Shown in pieces: positions 1 through 16,500 of a stretch of DNA of 64,000 bases. The notes under the pieces are model-generated. The model searched no databases. It had not been told where the DNA came from and worked only from the letters and a program-made list of their open reading frames with translations. Within the stretch, counting starts at the first letter, position 1; the number at the start of each line of letters is the position of its first letter. Both the position numbers and the translations under genes were made by a program. Source of the stretch: Antedon mediterranea (Eukaryota; Animalia; Echinodermata). The stretch covers positions 8,184,001 to 8,248,000 of the forward strand of contig NC_092672.1 of NCBI RefSeq assembly GCF_964355755.1, given 5' to 3'.

Positions 1-299
1 TTGGCCGTAGCATTAAACATATTTCCCCTGTTTGTTTCACACAGGAAAGTGTCCCCTAATAACGAATAAATATATTTCCACTTGTTTTTATAGGGGTTGC
101 CTGCCATGTGTTAAAACATATCTTTCCCCTTGTTCGTTCCCCCTTTAAAGTTCTACAAAAAATTGTGATGTTCCCATATAGACACAATGATGTCATATCA
201 CTACCATATTTGGGCACATCATTGTCAAACTAGTTTGATAGTGTAGACAGAGTTTAATAGTGGTGTCCTAAAAGATGTTTACTATCAAAAGCGGCCTTA

Positions 300-3856
<3,557 letters not shown>

Positions 3857-5399
3857 TTTGACTAGGATTTAATTACAAAACAATATTCAGAAATAATTTT
3901 TTTGTCGCTACACTAACTAAAGATAAGGCCCTCTATAGATAGCCAGGCTCACACAATAAATGTTTGTACATTTTTGTAGAATTATTCTTTGTAATAAATT
4001 AAATAATTTTCAATAATGTCTTTATATGTATAGAGTACACATTTTAAAGTTATTTAATTAATATATTTTTAGGCAAACACTATTGGTTAAAAATAAATAA
4101 TAATATTATTATTCTTACTTATTTAAAAAAAAAAAGCAGATAGCCGTGTGTGTTCGAGCCAAACGTCTGTATGCACGGCTGCCGTGGAATAAATGAGTTA
4201 TTCGTAAGACGAACGTGTATAGTCTGATTTGCTTCATAGGTTGTTCTTCGTCAAACGGTCAAAGTTTTATATATATTTGTGTAGCATATATTTACTGTAA
4301 ATGGCTATACAATTAACTCGTTATAAATTCATATTTCACAGAAAAAAACCCTACCAATTAATTTAATTAAATTGTTCAAGTCAAGGCCTACAACCCTCGC
4401 CCAGAATTCACTATGATTTCACTTTCCAATTTTATTTATGATTTGATTGGAAGTATTGACTAAAACGTCCATTAGGCTTACCATGTTAGATTGCCTACGT
4501 TAATTATATATAATGTGAAATTTATATGAAAAGCAATAAGTTTGAATTTTCTCAAAAATATTTTGGGTAAATTCCCGGTTCTATTTATATTATCTAATAA
4601 AACTACCGTACCTAAGGCTTTTCTTTTCTTTGGTAGCAATTCCTTACAATCATAGGCCTACTGTAGCCTACAGTAGGCTTATGTTTCTATATTTAACCAT
4701 TCTAGAAGTTTATACGCAAATAGTTTAGGCCTCACAAGCCTCATAAATATTTTGGGTAAACCCCGGCTCCATTTATATTATCTAATAAAACCGTACCGTA
4801 CCCAAATTAGCCATTTTTATTCCTTTGGTAGCTTCCTTAAAATTTGCATATGTAGACCTATGTGTCTATATTTAAAAATTCTAGACGTTTTTATACACAA
4901 AAAAATAGTGCCGACTACACACACACACCACCACCAGGCCTATAACCACCCTCCCCTGAAAGTTGTAAAAGACAATATAAGCCTTATACACATTTTTATA
5001 GCAAGTATATAAAATAATACTAGAAAACTTTCTGAAAGCATTAAGATTACATTTTTTCAGTAAACAGTGTTTAAAGGCCTAATTATAGTTTCGCTTCGTT
5101 TTTCATGTTTGTTAAGGAAGTGAAATGAAAATATTAAATAGAGTACAATCTGTATAATGAATCAATACCATATCAGAATGGTGTCATTAATGAGGAATTT
5201 CTTTTATTTGTATAGAAACTGGAACAACAAAGGCCTATACAGTACATAAATACAACTATTCTGTATGAATGCACATTCATTTTAGTTAGCATAACTAATT
5301 TAAAAGACAGTTTCCTTATTGGAAGGCGAAGCAATCCCAATACAAAAGTACTCGTAGCTGGTAGCTGGTAGGTGTAGGTCTTCTTCAGCAAAAGTAAAG

Positions 5400-8087
5400 A
5401 TGATGAATCGGATTCTTTTTCTGCTTTTGATAGGAAGCTGTGTGATGGTCTTTACAGATGCTTCATTTTGTTCTGTCACTGTGTTTGAAAAGATGAAACA
5501 TCCACCCGATTATGATAACAAATTATATTACAAACCTTTGGGGCTCAAAGCAAAGACGAACGATTCTTCGTTTGACTTGGAATCATGTGGTAAGTTAGAC
5601 TATTTTAATGTGTAAAATTATAGTTGTTGTTGCTCAGGCAGGGACATTTCTGAACCGCCTGGTCGGCCAGGGTATTTTTTAACTTCATCATCTTTGTAAG
5701 CAATTAACACTACACCGATGGTATAACTAAAAAAACATTGGAGATATTCTATAGTAGAACAACTAATAAAGCACATCTAAAAGAAACCTTATAAAATATA
5801 TAAGCTGCATCCAGAGAATTTTTAGTTTATATTTGGAAGAAGAATTGGGAAGAGATTTCATAATTTGAATCATTGTAAACAAAATGTATCTTGGTGGTCT
5901 AATGCGTTGCCTCCCAGGGTCCAGGGTTCACTCCTGAACTAGTACCAAGGTTGTAACTCACGACTCTTTTAACTCCACTCTCTAAATCTCAAATGAGAAT
6001 TAGTTTATAAGCACGCTAAAATGATTAAATAATTAAATCATCCTGTAATTTGGGAGTTAATCGCTGTTGGATGCGTATGAAAAAAAAAGTTTGTTATTTG
6101 TGTAAATAAAAAACAAAAAAATTATGTTGAAATTCAAGTATTACTGAAAGCTAATTTTTAGCTCTAAATATGCAATAAAACACTTTACAATAATATTTAT
6201 ACAACCATTTTAATGTGTGTTAGGCCTGACTTTGGTTGATGTGTTCAAGTGCAGTTAGGGAGTTTTGATTTTAAAATATCGTGTGTTTTTTTTTTAAAGT
6301 TAGCACAAAATAATATGATAGTGATATTCCAAAATATAGTAGTGATATGACATTATCATGTCCATAAATGGGCTCATCACATTTTTGATCTCATAACATT
6401 TGATAGCTAGTGTAGACAGAGCTTTATCTTAACAATCATTTTTGTTATGATTTTTTAAGATCCTACGCAAGAGAAATATTTTCGTTTAAAAAGTACTCCA
6501 AATATCCTAACCAGTCGAACGAAAACTCTTGATATTACTTTAATGTTTCGTCTTGGTAAGTATCCTGCAATGTTCTTTTCAAATAACATACTTGTAATAT
6601 AGTAAATAAATAAGTCTGTTCAGCTGTAGACGTGTATATTGTTGAGAGAGACCGTATCATACAATAGGATCATTTTTTAAATATGTAAAATGTAATGAAA
6701 ATATAGTTTAACGAAAACAGTTATTCCATAATTTTTATATTAACCGCTGAGTTATGAATACTCACATAATTTTTTTTTCTGTCAGATGCTGACCTTATCA
6801 GTGTTCTGGCCGATATCTCCATAACACTCTATAAAGGAGCACCGCCAATTCACTACGGCGGGGCGTTTGATTGCTCTAATATTCCAGATATACCTTGCCC
6901 ATTTCCTTTAAAAGAAAATGGTAAAGTTACTGATATTTATTGTTGATTAACAATAACCTGGTATAGAGAACTGTAGCTAGATGACACCATTGTGATGATA
7001 ATGATTATTATCAACGATGAACGACGATGTGGATGATGACGACGACATGTGGATAACGTCGAAATGTGGATGAAGACATGTGGATAACGACGAAATGGGG
7101 ATGACGACAACATGCCGATGACGACGACGTGTGGATAACGACGATGTTGATGATGATGACGACATGTGGATAACGACGATGTGGATGAAGACGACATGTG
7201 GATAACGAATAAATATGGATGACGACGACATGTGGATGACGACGACATGCCGATGATGACATATGGATGACGACAATGTTGATGATGACAACGGCATGTG
7301 GATAACGACGACATGTGGATGAAGACATGTGGATAACGACGACATGTGGATGACGACGACATGTGGATGACGACGACATGCCGATGACAAACGACATGTG
7401 GATGACAACGATGATGTGGATGACAACGACATATGGATAACCATGGAGTAAATTACTCCATGGGATAACGACTATATGTGGATGACGACGACATGTGGAT
7501 GACGACGACATGCCGATGATGACATATGGATGACGACGATGTTGATTATGACGACGACATGTGGATAACGACGAAAGTCGACTAGCCTCGACTGTAGTAG
7601 TCTACTGTAATTTTAACGAAAATGAAATACTGATTTTCACAAAATTAACTGCGAACGCTTTTTTTGCCTTTTAGATTGGGTACAACTTTCCGCTGAATGC
7701 AGGCCTAACATGCAGCTACCGGTAAGTAAAACACATTCGATTAAAAAATTTTAAAAGATTTGATGTATTATAGTTACGGCTAATACTCATAACAAAAACA
7801 TTATTTAATAAAAGTCAAGCTGGTATTGCAATACATTTTGTGATGATGGCTATTTTTTTTAATTGTCGTTGGCGATCATTAGACCTACTAAAAATCTCCA
7901 CAAACACGAAACTGTTATTTTAAACACGTGACATTCAATATAAGAATATGTTTAGTTTTCTCGGATTTAAAATGTAAAATGGGCTTTTATTTTGTAGATT
8001 GGACAGATGGATGCTAAAGTTATTGTTTCGAATTATTACGATCAGACGGCTGTTTGTATCAAAGGCCAACTAAATATCTACAAGTAG
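5400..8087 (+). CDS. Secreted ML-domain (MD-2/NPC2/GM2-activator-like lipid-recognition) protein, copy 1, about 185 aa, 5 exons
   Basis: Exons 5400-5589, 6460-6555, 6786-6920, 7675-7721 and 7998-8087 total 558 nt, in frame, all GT-AG. The product has a signal peptide, F-x-x-ESC, FDC..CPFPLKEN and a C-terminal AVCIKGQLNI. The cysteine pattern resembles the ML fold; the family call is by motif recognition. Confidence 0.75.
5890..6088 (+). mobile_element. Degenerate tRNA-derived SINE in ML gene 1 intron 1
   Basis: GGTGGTCTAA..GGGTTCACTCC A/B-box-like head and a poly-A end. Its 3' tail (CATCCTGTAATT..CGCTGTTGGATG) recurs on the minus strand at about 28230-28280. Confidence 0.5.
7000..7575. repeat. 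Compound tandem repeat built from (GAY)n and GACATGTGGAT units, in ML gene 1 intron 3
   Basis: Many copies of GACGACATGTGGAT with GAT/GAC/AAC triplet variants; absent from the equivalent intron of copy 2. Confidence 0.95.
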
Positions 8088-8621
8088 AAGACGTATTCAC
8101 ACGTCTGTTATAAAGTGCACATGAAACTAATCGTTAAACACTGTAAAAATATTAATAGTTGAATAAATGTTTAATTGTCATCTTATCGGCAAAACCATTA
8201 TTGACAGATAAATATGTTACTGTATCTTCCCTCTTATAGACTAGACGACTTTAAGTATTAAACTTGCATTATTGTATTGATGTTATGTATTCGTATTTAG
8301 AACTTTATATTTTCTGTAGACTAAAATGTTATAATTTTGTTTTTCTTTTTTGTTTTGTAAAATGGATGCACCATTCAACTTGATGTTTGTGACTGATATG
8401 TATAGAATTGAAGTTAATATTTTTTAATTGTTGTGTTTTTAAATCATTACAAAATATTGAATTTACTCCTATGTTAGCAATATATAATCCGATAAAATAA
8501 AAAGTATATTATTAAAATCTACTTTCCAGCCATCGCACATTTTCTTTCGTTTACACATTTTTATTTAATTGATGATTTTATGGTGCATGCAAGCGTTAAA
8601 GGCCAATTTACAAAGACGAAA

Positions 8622-8949
8622 GTTGTGAGAACCAAAGATCAAACTTTATTGTTCTATTTGAAAGATATTTAAAGGCAGGTTATAGAATTTATACAATCAT
8701 AATGTCCAATTTACACAGACGAGCGGTAACGGTAAGCGGAAACCCGCAGACCTAGTCCCACGTAGAATATTATGTATCTCTTCTGATACCGACCGCCCCG
8801 CGTTGTGTCTAATAGTCATATATTCTATATTTTGATTTCCGTTACCGCTCGTCTGTGTAAATTGGCCTTTATGATTGTATAAATTCTATAGCCTACCTTT
8901 AAATATCTTTCAAATGGAACAATACAAGTTTGAACTTTGTTTCTCACAA
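8622..8949. mobile_element. Nested palindromic MITE-like element
   Basis: Outer arms of about 80 bp (8622-8700 and 8871-8949) are inverted copies. The inner element (about 8700-8870) has TIR (GG)CCAATTTACACAGACGAGCGGTAACGG. Confidence 0.75.
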
Positions 8950-9837
8950 ATATTTTTTTTAGGGAAATCCCCCTATATTATAAGTTCCTTTTACACACAA
9001 CACAAATAGGTTAAGCTTCCAAGTTTATTCAGAGTATACATATTTAACAATACATAATATTTATTTCTACTGATACTGTACAAGCAATGCTAAAAACTAC
9101 TAAAGCTTAATAATAAACTACATTTTGGCCTCTTGGGGGCTACCACTCATATGACATCGCTGTATGAAAGGTCCAGTGTGTTGTCACAGGAGCCAGTAAA
9201 TCAAATGGTTGTTATTAAGTATATCGGTAAGGATGTAAGTGACATCCGTTAGGTAAATTGTGGAATTTGGGCGCAAAATAATTCCCCAGAATTATACCAG
9301 CCAAATTAGCAAATAACATGAGTAACATATGAGTAGCGCCTGTGTTGAGTTAGGTGTTGGATGATGCCGGGGGATGGCTGGGTGGGAAAGATTGAAAAGT
9401 TTGTACAACTATCGAACGGCTAATTTAACAATGAAGTGTGCTAGTATGCATCTTAGTAAACAACTGAAAACACACTGAATTCCCATTGGTTGCCAATTAG
9501 AAATTAGCCTATCCTACATTTTTGTGGTTCCACTATTAGATATACCCGTTGGTCTATAGAAATACATTGTCAATTACTGTGGTTGGAACTTTGATAAAGT
9601 GTCTCCCTTGACTACTAACATTCCGTTTTAATTACCTGTAAAAACAATATACCATTCATCCTAACACTTCTATTACTCTGAAATCTACCCACATTTATAT
9701 ACCACATCCTTAGTTAAAAGAAAGTACTTGTGCTGTGTATAAACTATAATTTATTACTTTAAATTTCCGACTCATACAAAAAATAATGTACTGATACAGT
9801 GTATACAAAAAAAAAAGTAACATAATGAAAGGTATAA

Positions 9838-10035
9838 AGGAGCTTTCAATTTGCGACGGTTGACGACCTAACTGGATCAGGTCAGTTGATGTGTCGCAGA
9901 ACCTAACCATCAAAACTGTCGAGGTGGCGAACGAGGACACACGTCTCTATCCTCGCATGCGCACATTGAATTAACATGATGTACTTTGGTCAGTCTTCGC
10001 AAATTAGTCGTCGTCGGTCTTCGCAAATCGAAAGC
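9838..10035. mobile_element. MITE, probably PIF/Harbinger-like; related copy at about 41718-41890
   Basis: Ends GGAGCTTTC..GAAAGC. Internal AACCATCAAA..CGCATGCGCA..TGAATTAACATGA is shared with the 41718-41890 copy, which ends GAAAGCTCCCT. Confidence 0.5.
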
Positions 10036-10410
10036 GAATATGTAGGCCTAATAGTTACTGGTGTCATATTGACGATGGAATGTTTACTTCCTTCTCATTT
10101 CTTTTCTTCTCATTTCCTTAAAAAGAACAATTATTGATAAGGAAATAAAATATGGAGTATTGTATAAGGAATAAATCGGGTCATGGCATAATAGCAAGAA
10201 TTCCTCTCTTTTAATGGTTAGGTAAACACGAACAGCAGTACAGTTTGAAGGGCGATTGTTCTTTTGAATGTCTGGATAAATCCCTTAAACAGTTAGTATG
10301 TAACTAGTGTATAGTAAAATAAAATGATCAGTTTCCTTATTTTTCTATACAAGTTAGAAAGGTGAGATTTTCTGCAGCAAAATATACATCAAATACTAAA
10401 ATCCGTAAAT

Positions 10411-12714
10411 ATGACGAAGATTCTTTCTCTGCTTTTGATAGCAAGCTTTGTGGTTTTAACGGCGGGGGCTGCCTGTTCGGTTAATGTTTTTAAAAAGATA
10501 GACCCACCCGATGTCAAATTATTTTATAAGCGTACTGGGCTGAAAGCAAAGACGAACAATTCTTCGTTCCATTTTGAATCATGCGGTAAGTATATATTCA
10601 CCCGATTATATTATGTAAACTTTAACAAACAAAAAATGTTCATTACTACAGCAGTACAGTACTGGAGACCATATTGCTATGATGGTTTTAAGTAGCTTAA
10701 AACTGTATTATACTGAATGAGTGTCAATATGACTGATGAATATTGATGAGTATAAGTATAAGTTAATTCGTTGTGGGTTTTCGGTGGTATTGGGACGTGT
10801 TCCCTCTCTTGTGATTAAGCCTACTAGTGATGGATGAGTTCAAGTGTAGAATCTTCTGTGTTTTTATTAACAAACAAAGACAAAGTTGAGGTATGTGCAA
10901 TTGTGTGTTGAGATCATCAGTTTAAAAAAATATAACATGTGATAAAGCTCTATCCACACTATCAAACTACTGTAGTTTGACAAAAAAAAGTGTAATTTTG
11001 TAGAGTGATATGATATACCATATGATATATATCGTCCTGTCCGTAGATGGTAACATCACATTTTTGTCAAATAAAGGTTGATAATGTAGACATAGCTTTA
11101 TGATTCATATATTTAGGACCTCCAGAAGATCCACCTTTTCATTTCACAAGTATTCCAAGCATCGTTACAAGCCGAACAAAATCTGTCAATATGACCTTGA
11201 TATTTCGTCTTGGTAAGTACGGTAGCCCATTATGATTTTAAAATAATTGTTACATTTGCGATAAAATTAAATAGGCCTAAATAGTTTGTTCCCCTCGGGC
11301 TTATATTGTCGAATGGTACTCACAATATAAATAGGATAATTCCTAATTGTTTAAATAGATGGATAATTATTTGATGATTAACTCGTCCTAGCAAATTTTT
11401 CATGAGTATGGAAATCTTTAAATTCATACTTGAAAGATTATACATAATATTTTTTTTAAAAATCAAATACGTTGATAATTTGCCATGTTATGGCCTATAA
11501 TACAGAAATTACATGTGACACTTTGACAAATCATACATACACCGGGACTCGCCTATATTTTATGGAAGAGTAACACTCATTCTCTGATTTAACCATTATG
11601 TCACCTTCTTCCTGTCAGATGCTGACATGTACGATAGTTTTTTCGTCAGTGGCTACGTCAACCTCTTCGGAGACAAACCGATTCCCTTCGGTGACGCATT
11701 TGATTGCACGAGTATACCTGTTGATTGCCCGTTACCCTTACAAGAAAAAGGTAAAGTTACTGATATTAATTTGTTTTGCCGTTATTATTAGTCCATGGAG
11801 TATAAATTACTACATGGGCAGGCTGAGTTATTATGAAATTACTGTCACGTAGCACAATGGTTGTTTTTGATCTGGTTATGGAAAAGTTGTACTGTACTGT
11901 AAATTATAATGATGTTAACAATGGTAAAAAAAACAACTTAAATTAATGAATTTAATAGAAACATGCATGCGTTCTTGCCTTTATTATATATATATATACG
12001 GCCATATTGCGTTGAAACACTGGTTCTCGTCAAATCACCGAATTAAGCAAAGTTTGGCCAGGTTGTGTTCTGGGATGGGATATGGGAATATGGCGTCTGA
12101 TGCTGTATAATATGTATATGTATAATAAGGGCATCGGACTATCATTCCATTAGCTGTCTGTCTGCCATATTGGTTGTATCCAAGATATACTACCATTGCC
12201 TCGTCTTTCGGATGGGACGTAAACACGTTGGTTCCGTGTGTACATACACTGCATGTTAAAGAACTTAGTACACTATTAAACAAAATAGGGGATCCTCTTC
12301 CGGTGCGATGATCTGGGTAGGCTGACTGCCGTAGGTCCGTGGATGGCCAAAGCCGATTTTTTCTAGTTTCCAGTTAAGCTTGAAGACAATAATAAGTAAA
12401 TTATCTATGTATCAATATCTATATCTAGATTGGGTACAACTTTCGGTTGAATGCTTGACTACTGTGCTGTTACCGGTGGTAAGTATGTTTAACTGCGTCA
12501 CTAAAAGTGAAACATTCAATTCGTCACATTTTCATTATTTTTAAACCATGTATTGACATAGAAAAAATAAATAAAAATTTCATTATAACTGTTTAAACTA
12601 TCTGTGATTTTTTATTTTATTTTGTAGACTGGAAAGATAGAAGCAAAGGCTGCTATTTCAAATTACACACAGACGGCTTTTTGTATTAAAGGTGAATTAA
12701 ATATCTACAAATAA
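10411..12714 (+). CDS. Secreted ML-domain protein, copy 2, about 179 aa, 5 exons (tandem paralog of 5400-8087)
   Basis: Exons 10411-10585, 11117-11212, 11619-11750, 12429-12478 and 12628-12714 total 540 nt, in frame. Intron phases match copy 1. Shared motifs: GLKAKTN.SSF..ESC, FRLDAD, AFDC..CP.PL, DWVQLS.EC, CIKG.LNIYK. Confidence 0.75.
11997..12400 (+). mobile_element. 5S rRNA-headed Deu-domain SINE (SINE3/AmnSINE1-like)
   Basis: Starts TACGGCCATATTGCGTTGAAACACTGGTTCTCGTCAAATCACCGAATTAAGCAA..GGGATGGGA (degenerate 5S). This is followed by the Deu-type core TTGCCTCGTCTTTCGGATGGGACGTAAAC..GTTAAAGAAC..CACTATT and the tail TTTCCAGTTAAGCTTGA shared with 1233-1610. Confidence 0.8.
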
Positions 12715-13528
12715 AATACTTTTTTTTCAGAAAAAACAGTATTAACAGTAATAACTTGTATATAGCTGTATAAATGAATATGTTTTTTCACCAATGTCAC
12801 CCTATCTAACTATATGTACTGACATAATTATTTATCTACAAAGTATGGATTAACTCCAACTTCTTTTTTAATATTCTACAAATCAAATAAGGAAATAACA
12901 TACAGATAAGTATAGAGGCCTACTTCCGTATGTTTTGATGTGGACTTCTGGTTTTTAAATCAACAGAAAAAAAAGAAAGTATAATAATATAGTAGGCCTA
13001 TAATAATAATCTACTTAATATTCTTAACAGAAGACATTGTAAATAATTATCTTTATTCTCTTGTTAGCTTTTATACTTCATATTTTCAATAATAACTTAC
13101 GTAAGTATTTAAGTATATTAAAACAATAACCTAACATTTGAATTGGTTTTAATCATATGTCTAATAATAGGCTATAGTTCTACTCAACAATATTTTCATA
13201 ACCTAACTATTTTTCTATAATCTATGACGTATTTCACTAGAAAACATCTAAAACGTTAGTTTACCACTTCTCCTCCGTTCACAGAGAAAAGAAACTTTTT
13301 ACACGAAAATCGTCAAAAAAGGGATGAAAACTAACTAACTAATGCAAAATGGCTTTACGACATGGATCTAAATTAATTGGTTAAATATTTGCCCTATTTT
13401 ATACTATGTACTTTATTATGAAAAAAAATAGCAAGTAATTCTCGAGTGATACTCGAACCACGATCTCCAGGTTGTTTGAAGACGTACTTAAACCATGGAG
13501 CTATTAGCTTTATGCTTAAACCTTCCGA

Positions 13529-16500
13529 TTATAAGGTTGTCTGTGTGCTTTCGGTTGTGTGAACTTGACTTTTTCTCATAAACTTCCATTGAGCCTGTAC
13601 CTGAAAATCACATGAACAATTTATATAATTATTATAGATTTTAAGATACTTCACTACAAGAAATGTGCATGTAAATTCTATACTCTTTGTATTTCTTTTT
13701 ATAACGAAAAAACCAAAGCCGTTAGTACTTTTACAAACTGCTCTTATGCACACAAAAAAACCCCAGAAAATGGAATTAATAAGGAAGGTAGCTTTACCTC
13801 GTTGTCCAACAAACAGTAGACAATGAATATAAACACGCCTTGTAACGAGTTCAATATCACAAACAAATACTGCATGAAAGGGGATCCATCAGTAACAGCC
13901 ATGAGTGGTCCAAAAATCCACGTGACACCCAGAATAGGGACGAGAAATAAAGCGCCCTTCAACGACTTTCTAAAAAAAGAAATGTACAGTATTTCTTTAT
14001 AAGATTGTACATAATTGGTAGATAACTGTAAATATGTTATGATCTAATACTCTCTTATACTCTGTAGAGACATGTCTGAATAAAATTTCAAAAATAAGAG
14101 AACTATTATAATGTACTGTATTAAACTACGTTGAGAAAGAGCCCGGATTCCGGTCCGGTGGCCGGATTAATAGTCTTGAAAATTCAATTGGTTGAATAGG
14201 ACCGTTCAAACTAGATCATTCCTGGTTCTGTACTAAACGCACGTTAGCGAACCGTGCTCAGTGTGTATAGCTTTATTGAATTACTCTTACTTTAACTGCC
14301 TGTGGTCCTCTTGTTCAGTTCTCCCTATTCGTACGTTCGTACCAGCCCGTCGGTAAATGATGTGAACCATCATGATCAGTACTGCCATACTAAACTTTAG
14401 ATACAATCAGAAATAATTGTCTTGAAATTCAGAATTCTTAACTTTCCATAAGGAAGGGCCTTTTTATTTTATATATTAGGCCTAATTGTAGAACATTCAA
14501 AGATAAAAACAGAGTACAAAACTACTTATTTCCATCGTGGTCCCTAAAAAGGGTTGATTTCTTTGTCGTGTTTTTTAATAGGACGAATAACAGATTATAG
14601 TCTAGTCTAGATATCTTTGGTAGGTACAAAGGTAATTTAAGCAACAATATTTACGTCGACAATTAATTACGCACCAACTTAAGAAATAGGTTAATGAACA
14701 GTTTTTTTCAAGTATAATAATATATGATCTTACTAGAACTAATAATGATGCTGGAATAAGTATGATCCAAGTTAATTCTGTATCTAACCAACAGCTGAAA
14801 ATGATTACAGTATGTCAAAAACAAAGCAACAATTAATTATTATAATCGTGTCAAAGTCTATACTTAGATTTATTGCAATTTCTTTTTAGTAGCCAATTTA
14901 AAATTCATTTCTATATTTTTTTTATTATTTATATACTGTTAGGACTTTGGTTTTTCCTTTTGGTCTTGCACATATTTTTAACATTTCTTATTATATATAA
15001 TTAAAAGTCCAATTGATTGATTAACAATGTTTTTACTTCTTGGTATATGATACTAAAGGTTAACAATTATTAATGATATTATTGAAGGGAAAACAGAATA
15101 TAAGGGAAAAAGGGTAGCAAATGTTTAGAAATTATGTAATGAAACATTGAATTAATAAAGGTGGTGGTGAACCACAAAAAATGACATGTTTTTACTTACT
15201 AATCATTTCCGTATGAATCATACATGACAATCGCGACTGGTGAAACTAAAATAACTGGTACCAGATAACAGAACAACATGTAGTTTCTCAATCGGTTGTA
15301 TCGGCTTGGTGTTCGGTAAACCACCTTGAAGACAAGAAACACTGCTTCGCCAAACATCCAAAAAAATATGTTCATCAGGAGAAGGTGGAGAGCAACTGAA
15401 GTAAACTTGCAAAATATCTAAATTAATAGAATGAAATGAATTCGTTAATTTTCATTTAACGTTTAGCATCGCTAATAATAGCCAAATCCGAAACCAGTCT
15501 ACACTAAAGCACTTTATAATTGTCAATGTTTGGTGTAGAACCTCTTTATAGGTTGTCACATTGTCCATTTTCAGAATCCAATGACTAAAAAGACTGTGCT
15601 TTGCTTCCAGTTCATTTTCAGTTTTTTAAGAATGTATACACTAACACATTTTATTTGACAAACTTGAAAAAGAAACATTTCCTAAAATTGTCAAAACTCC
15701 ATTAAACTTTGCCAGAAATAACCACTGCAAACTAACAGTCAGCAAACAAAATGATAAATTGTTAAAATTGTAGACTAAGCCTTTTTAAAAGAGTTTGCTA
15801 GTGTTGCAAATCAATATTTTATAGTTTAGGATATAGAGGCTTTGGGCTATGCATCATCGATTTGTGACCTCAGTGAATCCAATCTCAGTCTTTCTTGTTA
15901 AGTTCTGAGTTTACTCAAGTTTACTAGTGTAGACTATGTGTAAATCCCGATATAGGAAACTCACCGTATTGTGAGTTTTGTCAATGCCGATTAGAAACAA
16001 TGTATAGAAAGCAATCATGTTTGCGATCAAGTTCTTATGAATATTGTTCCGAAGAGACTTCCATAGCCCTCTACACAAAGAATAATGTTAATACAGTAGT
16101 AAATTTGAGAATGAATTATAAATAATGAATCAGTAGCCATAACAACACCAGATAGAAGATAGCAACAAATGAAAACTATTACGAAGGCGGAAAACAAAAT
16201 ATATTGGAATATCTAACAGAACATCAAAATATATAGAAGACTAATAATTAGGGCATTTATAATGAAATATATGACAAGAGTTATAATTATAATGATTGAT
16301 GATAAAATGATACAATATTTTACAAATATAATGATTAATGTAAATTAATTTATTTCAGAGAATAACAAAACGCCTTACTTAAGTAGAACATATACAGTTT
16401 CAGTTATTGTTAGTAGAATTATGGACATGATTAATCCAATTGTAGTAAGAGCGGAAAGAGCCTCTTCATGAATAGATTCAGGCTGAAATAACATTGAAAA

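Noticed and set aside
6937-7511. Three His/Ser-rich ORFs on the minus strand
   Set aside because: They are by-products of a tandem repeat inside an intron of the + strand ML gene.
11997-12110. 5S rRNA gene
   Set aside because: It has many substitutions and indels and continues into a SINE body, so it is a SINE head.
13440-13505. tRNA gene on the minus strand (similar stretch at about 18325-18395)
   Set aside because: Only degenerate A/B-box-like motifs and no convincing cloverleaf; likely SINE remnants.
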